IMG/VR virus record: IMGVR_UViG_3300011338_000292
Span: 1 to 47,186 of that record
Length of the DNA: 47,186 nucleotides
Origin: a virus
Lineage: Duplodnaviria > Caudoviricetes
Reading direction: 5' to 3' (one strand)
This document shows positions 1-8,463 of this stretch, piece by piece. Within the stretch, counting starts at the first letter, position 1. Each line of letters opens with the position of its first letter. A program made the position numbers and the translations under genes. The notes under the pieces are model-generated. The model made no database searches and was not told where the DNA came from. It saw only the letters and a list, made by a program, of their open reading frames with translations.

Positions 1-56
1 ATGAATGGAAGCCCGCGGAGGAAAGAATGTATGAGCAAATTTTAAATATCGTAGTA

Positions 57-88
57 TTTGTTTGTAGTAGAGGAAAATACTACATTTG
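57..88 (+). promoter_or_regulatory. Bacteroidota-type primary sigma promoter for the terminase operon
   Basis: TTTG at 57-60, 20-nt spacer, TACATTTG at 81-88 (consensus TTTG-N19-21-TAnnTTTG), just before ATG 104. Confidence 0.7.
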
Positions 89-103
89 CTACACAATACT
101 ACA

Positions 104-784
104 ATGGCACTCCTCACAGCAAAAGAAATCGCACAGCGCATCGGCATGGCACCTAAGCAGGTGTATACATACCGAACGAGAGGCGTGCTAGTAGTGGGCG
201 AAAGAGGCTTGTACGACACTGCGCACCCTACCAACGCAGCCTTCCTTAATAAGTACATCACTAAGTTTGAAACCAAACAGGAAATTCAATCCATACTAGA
301 TGAGAGCACTGACGACGAGGACGAGCCACAGGTTGCCAAGCAGCCTGCCACCAAAAAGAAGAAGGGTAAAGAAGAAACCGATAAGAAGGAGGACGACCCT
401 ACCGAGGGGTTTGCCCTGCGTCTACTCACTGCCGACCTGCTAAGGAAGGAGAGGTCAGCAGAGCAGGCCGCCCTGCTCCTACAGAAAACGCAGCTTGAAT
501 TGGATAAGAAGCGCGGAGAGGTTGTGCCCTCAGCAGCAGTAACGCCTCTGTTCCAGTCACACAACAGGAACATAATATTCGAGTTTAAGAACTTTACCGA
601 CGAGCTGCTCAGGCAACTAGCCTCGTCACACGATATAAATCTGGAAGAACAAGCCAAGTGGCGCAAGTTCCTAACAGACGGCATAAACAGAGCACTTAGC
701 AAGTCAGTGGATAATACCATTGCGCAGCTAGACGACATCATCTCGGAGTTTGCAGTAAAACGCGGAGTTGGAGAACATGATTAA
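104..784 (+). CDS. terS: Terminase small subunit (Nu1-like)
   Basis: N-terminal HTH (LLTAKEIAQRIGMAPKQVYTYR), a coiled coil ending LELDKKRGEVVP as in Nu1-type proteins, and position upstream of a GpA-type TerL. ATG 104 is preferred to TTG 86, which lies within the promoter. Confidence 0.75.
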   Translation: MALLTAKEIAQRIGMAPKQVYTYRTRGVLVVGERGLYDTAHPTNAAFLNKYITKFETKQEIQSILDESTDDEDEPQVAKQPATKKKKGKEETDKKEDDPTEGFALRLLTADLLRKERSAEQAALLLQKTQLELDKKRGEVVPSAAVTPLFQSHNRNIIFEFKNFTDELLRQLASSHDINLEEQAKWRKFLTDGINRALSKSVDNTIAQLDDIISEFAVKRGVGEHD

Positions 785-801
785 CCTTACAACAAATACA
801 C

Positions 802-993
802 ATGCCTACACACATACAACCGTTCCACACCTACCACGAGTACTTGCAAGGTATGCAGTTAATACAAAAACTACATATAAAAAATAAGCGTGTTGGTTTA
901 TCGGATAGTGATATGAAGGAGTGGGAACAATTAGAGCAAAGGGCACAAACTAGCACACCAATTTATGAAAAGTACAATAAACAAGATTTATAA
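802..993 (+). CDS. Hypothetical protein (63 aa)
   Basis: ATG ORF with an AT-rich leader filling the gap between terS and terL. Confidence 0.55.
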   Translation: MPTHIQPFHTYHEYLQGMQLIQKLHIKNKRVGLSDSDMKEWEQLEQRAQTSTPIYEKYNKQDL

Positions 994-1007
994 ACAAACA
1001 ACATAAG

Positions 1008-1193
1008 ATGGCAACCGACACACGAATCGCCGAGTACGCCAACGCGCTTATACAGGACATGTACCTGTGTGGCAAGCAAGGTACTTTCAAAGGTTACATA
1101 AACTGGTTTGCTGCGTCCTACCAACAAGCCGTTGAGGCACGTCGGCAGATGGACGACTTTCGCAGGATGGTTACAGCAACACAAGATAATTAA
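1008..1193 (+). CDS. Hypothetical protein (61 aa)
   Basis: ATG ORF with an A-rich leader, ending 3 nt before terL. Confidence 0.6.
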   Translation: MATDTRIAEYANALIQDMYLCGKQGTFKGYINWFAASYQQAVEARRQMDDFRRMVTATQDN

Positions 1194-1196
1194 ACC

Positions 1197-3308
1197 TTGA
1201 AAGACCAGCTCAGACAGATATTAGACGGTAGCCGTGCTGCCATATCAACCATAAAGCCTTCCGATTGGGTGGAGGCTAACCTTGTCATGCGTAAGCCATT
1301 CCCTGGCCCGTTCCGGTATGACCGCACGCCCTATACCAGAGAGATAATTGATTGCCTTGATCCGAACCACCCTGCCAAGTGGATAGCTTTTATGAAGGGC
1401 GCACAGATAGGCGCATCGGCAGGTGTCATAATACCAGGTATAGGCTGGCTGATAGCCAACAACCCTGCCAATACATACCTTACAGTAGGTAGCACACCGC
1501 TTATAGAGAAGGCGATGCAGAAGATAGATATGATGCTGAAGGACAGTGGCATACACCATCTGATAGGCCCGACTGTACAGAGGCGTAAGAACCAGAAGTC
1601 AGGAGATACCAACACCGTAAAGGAGTTTGCTGGTGGGGCAGTGTGGGTATCTACGCCTAACAACCACGAGGCGATAAGGCAGATTGACCTGCAATACGGC
1701 TTTATAGACGATGCTGAAGCAATAAAACAAGCCTCAGAGAAGGCAGGCGACACGGTATTCTTGTTAGAAAAACGATTTTCAGCCTACGCAGACAGTAAGA
1801 AGATATTTTATATATCGTCACCAGAGCTTGCAGCCAGTTCTATCATAGAGCCGCAGTTTAAGATGGGCGACCAGAGGTATTACCACATACCCTGCCCATG
1901 CTGCCAATCTGCCATCATGCTTAAATGGCGGGTAATAGACACAGACGGAAGGCAGATAGGCGGCATTGAGTACAAATTGGACAACCAAGACAGGGTGATA
2001 GAGAGTTCTGTCGGCTATATCTGCCAGTCTTGCGGTGGTTTCTTTAAGGAGAAACACAAACCGCAGTTTTTAATGGATGGACTGTGGATTCCTACCGCAG
2101 AGGCTAAGAAGATGGGTTACTATTCATACCACCTCAATTCCTTGTATGCACCCCTTGGCATGGACGGCTGGACGCACTATGCGCAACAGTACATAGAAGC
2201 CAACCCACCAGGGCAATCACCAGATGAGTACAAAAACCGCACTTTTGTCAATGTAGTACTAGGCGAAACCAGCATACCTACCGGCTCTGCGCCAGAAGCA
2301 TCAAGCATACAGAAGAATCAGCGTGACTACGAAATAGGCACGGTGCCAGAACTATTGTCTATCAAGGACGGCAATGGTAAGATAGTGCTGCTCACCTTCG
2401 CATGTGACGTGAATGGTACGGTGGCAGGTATCAACGGAGCCACTGAGAACGATGCAAGGGTGGATTACGAGATAGTGGCATGGTCGGAAACAGGTGCAAG
2501 CTACTCTGTGCAGCAGGGCAGCATCGGCACGTTCGTACCAAAGGAACGCAGCTCTGCTGTCAAGACGGATAGATACAAGTGGTCGTACGAACTGGATAGC
2601 GAAAACAGCGTGTGGCCAGTAGTCAACGCTATAGCAAGGCGTATATACAAAGGAGATAACGGAGGCTACTTCAGAGCCGATACGCCATGCGTGGACGTAG
2701 GTGTGTATACAGACAAAGTATATGCGTTCATAGACTGGAGCATAGGTCGCAACCCTGAGAACCCATTTGTAGGGGCCAGAGGGCACAAAGAGCAGCAGTA
2801 CACGCAGCAGAACCAAAACACAGCACTGTTCAACGTAGGCAAGGCACGCCCCGACATATTCTATTTGCAGGTAGGCGTGCTCAAAGACTACGTGGCATCC
2901 TACATGAAAGCACGGTGGGTAAGAGATTCAGGGGAGAAGCAACCTAATAACTTTATGAATTATCCTATGTCGGAGCGATATGTCTGCCCCGACAAGAAGG
3001 CGAACCATGAAGCACTAGGCATACCTTACGATGGTGACTTGTTATATCAGTCCGATACATACTTTAAGCATTACGAATCAGAGGCACGTAACGTGCTCAC
3101 CAGTCCTACAGGCGCAGTGACCTACAGATGGGAGGTTAAGAACCGAGAACCCAACCACTTTTGGGATTGCCGGATATACAACGAGGCAATGCGCCATCTG
3201 ATAGTACACAGATTAGGTGAGCTGTTCAAGCGTGAGTACAAGATCAGAGAATTTATATGGGTGGATTACGTTGCATATATAAAGGGAGAGCTGGCGGGGA
3301 TTGAATAA
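1197..3308 (+). CDS. terL: Terminase large subunit, lambda GpA family
   Basis: PGPFRYDRTPY, Walker A-like MKGAQIGAS, YGFIDDAE, ISSP, GDQRYYHIPCPCC with a later CQSCG zinc-ribbon pair, and nuclease motif NHFWDCRIY. Confidence 0.93.
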   Translation: MKDQLRQILDGSRAAISTIKPSDWVEANLVMRKPFPGPFRYDRTPYTREIIDCLDPNHPAKWIAFMKGAQIGASAGVIIPGIGWLIANNPANTYLTVGSTPLIEKAMQKIDMMLKDSGIHHLIGPTVQRRKNQKSGDTNTVKEFAGGAVWVSTPNNHEAIRQIDLQYGFIDDAEAIKQASEKAGDTVFLLEKRFSAYADSKKIFYISSPELAASSIIEPQFKMGDQRYYHIPCPCCQSAIMLKWRVIDTDGRQIGGIEYKLDNQDRVIESSVGYICQSCGGFFKEKHKPQFLMDGLWIPTAEAKKMGYYSYHLNSLYAPLGMDGWTHYAQQYIEANPPGQSPDEYKNRTFVNVVLGETSIPTGSAPEASSIQKNQRDYEIGTVPELLSIKDGNGKIVLLTFACDVNGTVAGINGATENDARVDYEIVAWSETGASYSVQQGSIGTFVPKERSSAVKTDRYKWSYELDSENSVWPVVNAIARRIYKGDNGGYFRADTPCVDVGVYTDKVYAFIDWSIGRNPENPFVGARGHKEQQYTQQNQNTALFNVGKARPDIFYLQVGVLKDYVASYMKARWVRDSGEKQPNNFMNYPMSERYVCPDKKANHEALGIPYDGDLLYQSDTYFKHYESEARNVLTSPTGAVTYRWEVKNREPNHFWDCRIYNEAMRHLIVHRLGELFKREYKIREFIWVDYVAYIKGELAGIE

Positions 3309-3315
3309 ACTGTTA

Positions 3316-3420
3316 CTAAAGTTTATTACCGCGCTGGCGTGCCTCGTTGTAACACTTGTGTGCCATATAGACAACGTAGCACGATACCAATACGCAAAGT
3401 AAACATAACAGAGTAAACAT
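3316..3420 (-). CDS. Small membrane peptide (34 aa, MFTLLCLLCVLVSCYVVYMAHKCYNEARQRGNKL); not in ORF track
   Basis: Hand translation. Hydrophobic N-terminus and basic tail; last gene of a leftward three-gene unit. Confidence 0.5.
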   Translation of the reverse strand: MFTLLCLLCVLVSCYVVYMAHKCYNEARQRGNKL

Positions 3421-3434
3421 AGAAGTTATTTTTA

Positions 3435-3731
3435 TTAATCCATTGTATGCACATCGTCGTAACAACGAGAGGTAGTTAATGTGTTTTGTGCAAGGTGCGC
3501 TAATTCATCAATATCGGAAAATAAGTAAACTACGGCTTCTGCGTGTCTAACGTGCAAAGTGTAATATTTGTTTTTGGTTACACTAATAGCAGTGTCGTTT
3601 CTATTTATACCACACCAACTTTGCGCCTTACCTTCCAGAAAAATAGTTTTTATAATTTCTGTGGCTGCACGAAGCAGCTCATTGTTCATGCAGATAATAG
3701 TAAACGGCTGTGTTATATCACTTAATCGCAT
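3435..3731 (-). CDS. Hypothetical protein (98 aa)
   Basis: ATG ORF in an AT-rich leftward insert between terL and the sheath gene. Confidence 0.6.
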   Translation of the reverse strand: MRLSDITQPFTIICMNNELLRAATEIIKTIFLEGKAQSWCGINRNDTAISVTKNKYYTLHVRHAEAVVYLFSDIDELAHLAQNTLTTSRCYDDVHTMD

Positions 3732-3849
3732 TGTGTACCAAGTTTAAAAAATTAGCAAATATGTTTGTGTATCTACGCTTGTTTCTACGTCTTTCACCAG
3801 CGTAGTAGTGAAACGTTACAAATAGGTCGTGTTTGCGTTGTCTAGTCAT
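3718..3849 (-). CDS. Small basic protein (43 aa, MTRQRKHDLFVTFHYYAGERRRNKRRYTNIFANFLNLVHNAIK); not in ORF track
   Basis: Hand translation. It follows the leftward promoter/operator at 3857-3899 and overlaps the start of 3435..3731. Confidence 0.45.
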   Translation of the reverse strand: MTRQRKHDLFVTFHYYAGERRRNKRRYTNIFANFLNLVHNAIK

Positions 3850-3856
3850 TGTTTAA

Positions 3857-3899
3857 AATTTGTTCAACAAAATTGCGATAAATATCTCAAACTACCAAA
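3857..3899 (-). promoter_or_regulatory. Leftward promoter with palindromic operator-like TTTGTTGAACAAA
   Basis: Minus strand: TTTG (3899-3896), 20-nt spacer, CAATTTTG (3875-3868, one mismatch to consensus) running into TTGAACAAA. Confidence 0.5.
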
Positions 3900-3942
3900 C
3901 TTTATTTTCGGCGAATATAACTTTACTCGCAAACAATATACG

Positions 3943-5454
3943 ATGGCTATCTCTAACGCAATACCTTCAGGTGCACGCAGTTCAATAAATGGAACTAACT
4001 TAGCCAAGGGTAATTTCTCGCCTGCTTCCCCGTTCCTGCCACAAAGCATTACTATTATAAGTGAGGCTAACGCAGCGAACCAATCTGGTTTGAGCCTTGA
4101 ATTGCAGCAGATAACCAGCGCACGCCAAGCAGGCACGTTGTTTGGTTACGGTTCACCAATATACAGCGCAGCACGTATTCTATTCCCCGTTACTGGCGTA
4201 GGCGTAACTGTGCCAGTGTATGTAGTACCAGTAGAAGAACCAAGCGGCGCAGCAGCACAGGTATTTACCGTAACGCCTACAGGCAACGCTACCGCAGCAG
4301 CTACTATATACCTAAAAATAAATGGCCGCAGAGCTGTAGATGGCGCAAGTTACGGCATCTCTGTAGCTGTAGGCGACACGCCAACAGTAATATGCAACAA
4401 GTTCCGTACAGCTCTTGCAGCGTGCCTTGGCACCCCTGTAATCGGCACAGGAACAGCAACACTGATATGCACAGCCAAATGGGCTGGCGAAACAGGCGCA
4501 CTTATAGACATCGAGGTAGACTTAGATGGTAACTCTATCGGTACGACATTTGCCGTTGCAGATACAACTGCCGGCACAGGTGCTACCACAGTAACGCCCG
4601 CACTTACCAAGATTGTAAACTGGAATACAGTTATTATCAACGGTGCCGATTTATCTGACACAGACATACTTACTGAGTTTGAATCTTGGAACGGTATACC
4701 CGACCCCTTGAACCCTACAGGCAGGTTCAACGCAATCGACTTTGAGCCAGCACTGGTATTCACAGGTACACGTTCTGACGACCCAACCGCTATCACGGAT
4801 GCACGCCTTAACAACTGCACCATAGTAGCGTGTGTTGCGCCGTTAAGCAAAGGATTCCCGATAGAGGCAGCAGCTAACGTTGCAGCAGCTTGGGTGCCGA
4901 TTGCGCAATCAACACCAAACCTATCAGCACTTAACCAGTTGTACCCTGACATGCCTGCACCACCAGCAGGTAGCACACCAGCTACTAACAGTTGGGTAAT
5001 ACGTGACCAGTACGTTAAGAAGGGCTGCTCTACTGTAGACTTTGTGAATGGCGTATACGTAATCAAGGACTTGGTTACTACCTACCACCCAACGGGAGAA
5101 GCTGTGCCTCACTACAGCGATGTACGTGCGATGAACATATTTAGCAATTATGTGTATCGCTACAACTTGATGAAAACACAGAACTGGATGGGCAGACAAT
5201 TAGCTCGTGATTCTGACGCAGTTAACGCCCCTAGAGTAATCAAGCCAAGTGGCATGATTGCCGACATATTCAATCTGGTACTTGGTGCGGTGAGAGATGG
5301 CTTGTTGGTAGATGCAGAGTTTACTAAAGCAACGATAGTTGTAGAGATTGATGGCACCAACCCAAACAGGGTAAACGATACACACGATTTCAAAATAAGC
5401 GGTATTGCTTACATCTCGTCATCAACGATAACAGGCGGGTTCAATTTCAACTAA
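3943..5454 (+). CDS. Contractile tail sheath protein (Mu gpL-like)
   Basis: About 503 aa from ATG 3943 (MAISNAIP). QITSARQAGTLFGYGSPIY, TAKWAGETG, DLVTTYHP and a C-terminal NPNRVN are typical of sheath proteins. A tube-sized gene follows. Confidence 0.88.
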   Translation: MAISNAIPSGARSSINGTNLAKGNFSPASPFLPQSITIISEANAANQSGLSLELQQITSARQAGTLFGYGSPIYSAARILFPVTGVGVTVPVYVVPVEEPSGAAAQVFTVTPTGNATAAATIYLKINGRRAVDGASYGISVAVGDTPTVICNKFRTALAACLGTPVIGTGTATLICTAKWAGETGALIDIEVDLDGNSIGTTFAVADTTAGTGATTVTPALTKIVNWNTVIINGADLSDTDILTEFESWNGIPDPLNPTGRFNAIDFEPALVFTGTRSDDPTAITDARLNNCTIVACVAPLSKGFPIEAAANVAAAWVPIAQSTPNLSALNQLYPDMPAPPAGSTPATNSWVIRDQYVKKGCSTVDFVNGVYVIKDLVTTYHPTGEAVPHYSDVRAMNIFSNYVYRYNLMKTQNWMGRQLARDSDAVNAPRVIKPSGMIADIFNLVLGAVRDGLLVDAEFTKATIVVEIDGTNPNRVNDTHDFKISGIAYISSSTITGGFNFN

Positions 5455-5489
5455 TTTAAAAACGCACCGTAAGGTACAAACTATACAAC

Positions 5490-5897
5490 ATGGCAAAAAT
5501 AGGCGGCGACCTGCTCGAAATATCAGTACAGCACCCAACAGCAGGCTCTAAGATAATTTACGGCGTAGCAGGTGAAACAACCACCATTAAGCTAGGCGGC
5601 ATAGAGAATGAGGACAACGGTGCCGTAGATGGTGGGCAGAATCTCATCATCTCTAAGCGCAATGTTGCCGGGTATATACAAGGCCCGTTTGCCAACGATA
5701 ACCGTTCTGCGCTTGCTGAGTTTGAGTTCATACAGAACGTAGCTGCTTCGCCAGAAGAAGCAGTGTTTACTTTCCGCTACATTGACAACGAAGTGTATAG
5801 CGGCTCTGGTACACCAGTAGGCGAGATTACGCTTGATGCCAAAGCAGCAACTTTTACCATGAAAATTATATCTGGCAGAGGCTTCACAAGACAATAG
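5490..5897 (+). CDS. Tail tube protein
   Basis: 135-aa beta-rich protein immediately after the sheath (VYSGSGTPVGEI). Confidence 0.75.
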   Translation: MAKIGGDLLEISVQHPTAGSKIIYGVAGETTTIKLGGIENEDNGAVDGGQNLIISKRNVAGYIQGPFANDNRSALAEFEFIQNVAASPEEAVFTFRYIDNEVYSGSGTPVGEITLDAKAATFTMKIISGRGFTRQ

Positions 5898-5930
5898 TAT
5901 TTCGTAACCAATACATAAATTAACCACACA

Positions 5931-6338
5931 ATGAAGGTATCTGAATTAAAGAAAGTATTGACTGAAGAACAGGCAACCGCAGAGCTTAATGAGTTCTTCG
6001 ACCGCCGTATCATATTCCCAAAGCGCAGAGAGGCCCTAGCGGCCCCGATAGAGGCTGTTGTGGAGGCGATGACGTTTGGACTGGTGGCTATACATGAAGA
6101 TGGTAGTATCACGCAAAAACTGTGTGTTCCTGTTGGGCCTCTAACTGAACTAAAGTATGTAGCCGACGTGCCATCAAGCACAATCAGCAAGTTGATTTCC
6201 AACTTAAAAGTGTATACACAGACGAACATTAATATGGAGTACATTTCGGCATACACTACGGTAATCAAGGCGCAGATTGAAAAGATGCACCCCACAGATC
6301 GTAACCTAGCCGATGCACTGGCTTTTTTTTACCAATAA
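5931..6338 (+). CDS. Tail assembly chaperone (G form)
   Basis: Lies between tube and tape measure and ends in a slippery T8 run (GCT TTT TTT TAC). Confidence 0.75.
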   Translation: MKVSELKKVLTEEQATAELNEFFDRRIIFPKRREALAAPIEAVVEAMTFGLVAIHEDGSITQKLCVPVGPLTELKYVADVPSSTISKLISNLKVYTQTNINMEYISAYTTVIKAQIEKMHPTDRNLADALAFFYQ

Positions 6339-6511
6339 CAGACGAAAACGGCGAGATACTTGACTATAAGTTCGCACAGATATTGGTAGACTTAGTACTG
6401 TATTTTAAGTGGGAGCCTGGCGTAATAACCAGGCTCTTTTGGCAGAATAGAACTGCTGACGGAATCATATTTTGGTGGCAGATATACAAACAGATAAGTA
6501 AGACAGACTAA
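5931..6511 (+). CDS. Tail assembly chaperone GT form via -1 programmed frameshift at T8 (6323-6330)
   Basis: The -1 frame is open from the T run to TAA 6509-6511, which overlaps the tape-measure ATG. The extension reads LPITDENGEILDYKFAQILVDLVLYFKWEPGVITRLFWQNRTADGIIFWWQIYKQISKTD. Confidence 0.75.
6413..6440 (+). terminator. Hairpin with short U tract inside the GT extension
   Basis: GAGCCTGG-CGTAATAA-CCAGGCTC followed by TTTT. Confidence 0.4.
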
Positions 6512-8463
6512 TGGCGTTCATAATACCTACTATATTCACTGCAAGCAACCAGTTATCTCGCCCTTTGGCGCAGATGCAGCAAGGTATGCAGAACCTAGCC
6601 GCTACGGCTAACGGTACAAAGCGTGCGTTGCAGGGGATGATGTCGGTATTAGGGGAGGACACCAACAATCGTCTTAACTACATGATTTCACTTGGCAAAG
6701 CAATGGCTGTGACAGGCACAGCGTTGTTTGCTGGTAAATCATTAATGGATTACGACAGAGCCATCACTAAGTTTCGCACCATCGTGTCAGACCTCAACGA
6801 TACCGATTTCGGCAAGTTTAAAAAGGAGATGAACTTGGCAGCTAAGTCTGTCAATGCTAGTGCTGTAGAGATGTTCCAAGCCGCAGAGGTCATAGCCGGA
6901 CTGGATGAGAAGTTCGCCGCCAACCCTGCGCTCCTTGCCGACATGTCCAAAGCAGCGTATACCTTGTCGAAAGGCGGCTTTATGGAACTCGCCGATGCAG
7001 CAGAGGGCATGACAGGTATCATGCTCCAGTTCAACATGCAGGCGGCCGAGGCAGACAGAGTAATCAACGCCTTGGCAGCAGGTACGGCAAAGGGCGGTGC
7101 CAGCATTGCGTCGCAGATAGAATCAATGCGTAAATTTGGCTCGGAGGCTTACCGAGCAAACATGTCACTTGAACTTACAGTCGCCACGTTACAAGCCATT
7201 GCGCCTAAAGTTAAGGCCGCAGAAGCGGGCGACGCAATGGCGGCAATCATGGTCAAGATGCGTAAAGCAGGTGGGGGGTACAGAGGCGGCATATTTGATT
7301 TTATAGCAGGCATAGACGACCTAAATGCTAGGATGGCATCAATGAACGAGCAAGCAAGAAACTTGTACGCCGATACTATTTTCGGGGCAGACAGGTCAAG
7401 CATAGGCTCGTTCCTTCTGACACAGAGAGATAACATATTAAAGCTCACTGCTGCTGTGACCGCTACCAACGAGGCACACAGGGCAGCACAGATAGCATCT
7501 AGTTCATTCGGAGGCAGGCTAGAAGCGGTAAAAAATAAGTTTGTAAACTACATTACGCAGTCAGAGAAATCGAACTACATAATGACCAAACTTAATAACG
7601 TACTAGGCTTTGTAAGTGAGAACTTTTCGGGGTTGATGCAGATTGCAACACCATTTGTGTCGCTTATGGTTGTACTAAAGGGATTTACAATGGGCGCAGC
7701 ACTTGCACTTGGGGTATACAACATGGTCATAAGAAGTTACAACATCTACCAGGGGATAGCTACAGTTGTAACCAGAGGAAATATATTTGCGTTGCGGCGC
7801 AATACTGCGGCGTTGCAAGCCGCCACGATGGCAAGTAAATTTTTGAACGCAAGTCTTGCAGTGCAGATAGCTTTGTCAGCAGGGGTAGCACTTGCACTTG
7901 GCGGGCTTATCTATATGCTGTGGCCAACGACTGACGCAACAGACGCACTGGCTACTAGCGTGGATGAAACAGGCAAAGCGTTTGCTGATTTAGGGAGGCC
8001 AATAACCGATGCAGAAGCGAAACTTGCGCTGTTTAACAAACAGCAGGAGAAGTACATTCAGCAGAGAAACGAAATGACTTTATCAAGACAGAAAGAAGCC
8101 TTGATAAATGCAGGGGCAATAAAACTAAATCCTTTCGAGGAAATAGGGTATTCTATGCAGCAAGCGTTTAGAAACAACCCTGTGTTTGCCAACATAATTC
8201 CGTATTTCTCGGCGCAACCAAAAGCTCCAAACCCACTAGATTACGGAGTTACACAACCAATGCAGCAAAGCGGCGATAACTTCATAACCCAAGCAGCGCA
8301 AGTATCTGTACCACAGTCAGTAAACAGCACGTACACCAACACAACAACTAACAAAGACACAGTGGAAATAACTGTCAGTGCTGCACCAGGCTCAGAAGCC
8401 AAGGTTAGCAGTAACACAGGAGGCATACCAGTAAGAACGACACAAACCGCAACAGGACGATGA
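6511..8463 (+). CDS. Tape measure protein
   Basis: Ala/Met-rich helical 650 aa with a TP901-type core (MLQFNMQAAEADRVINALAAG) and hydrophobic segments; position after the chaperone. Confidence 0.9.
   Translation: MAFIIPTIFTASNQLSRPLAQMQQGMQNLAATANGTKRALQGMMSVLGEDTNNRLNYMISLGKAMAVTGTALFAGKSLMDYDRAITKFRTIVSDLNDTDFGKFKKEMNLAAKSVNASAVEMFQAAEVIAGLDEKFAANPALLADMSKAAYTLSKGGFMELADAAEGMTGIMLQFNMQAAEADRVINALAAGTAKGGASIASQIESMRKFGSEAYRANMSLELTVATLQAIAPKVKAAEAGDAMAAIMVKMRKAGGGYRGGIFDFIAGIDDLNARMASMNEQARNLYADTIFGADRSSIGSFLLTQRDNILKLTAAVTATNEAHRAAQIASSSFGGRLEAVKNKFVNYITQSEKSNYIMTKLNNVLGFVSENFSGLMQIATPFVSLMVVLKGFTMGAALALGVYNMVIRSYNIYQGIATVVTRGNIFALRRNTAALQAATMASKFLNASLAVQIALSAGVALALGGLIYMLWPTTDATDALATSVDETGKAFADLGRPITDAEAKLALFNKQQEKYIQQRNEMTLSRQKEALINAGAIKLNPFEEIGYSMQQAFRNNPVFANIIPYFSAQPKAPNPLDYGVTQPMQQSGDNFITQAAQVSVPQSVNSTYTNTTTNKDTVEITVSAAPGSEAKVSSNTGGIPVRTTQTATGR

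Noticed and set aside
3829-3942. N-terminal extension of the sheath ORF from GTG 3829
   Set aside because: It runs through the promoter/operator region and an antisense ORF. ATG 3943 has a typical AT-rich leader.
4350-5066. Long antisense ORFs such as 4350..5066, 5777..6295, 8241..8840 and 41773..42390
   Set aside because: They are shadows of well-supported plus-strand genes, with no motifs, leaders or operon context.
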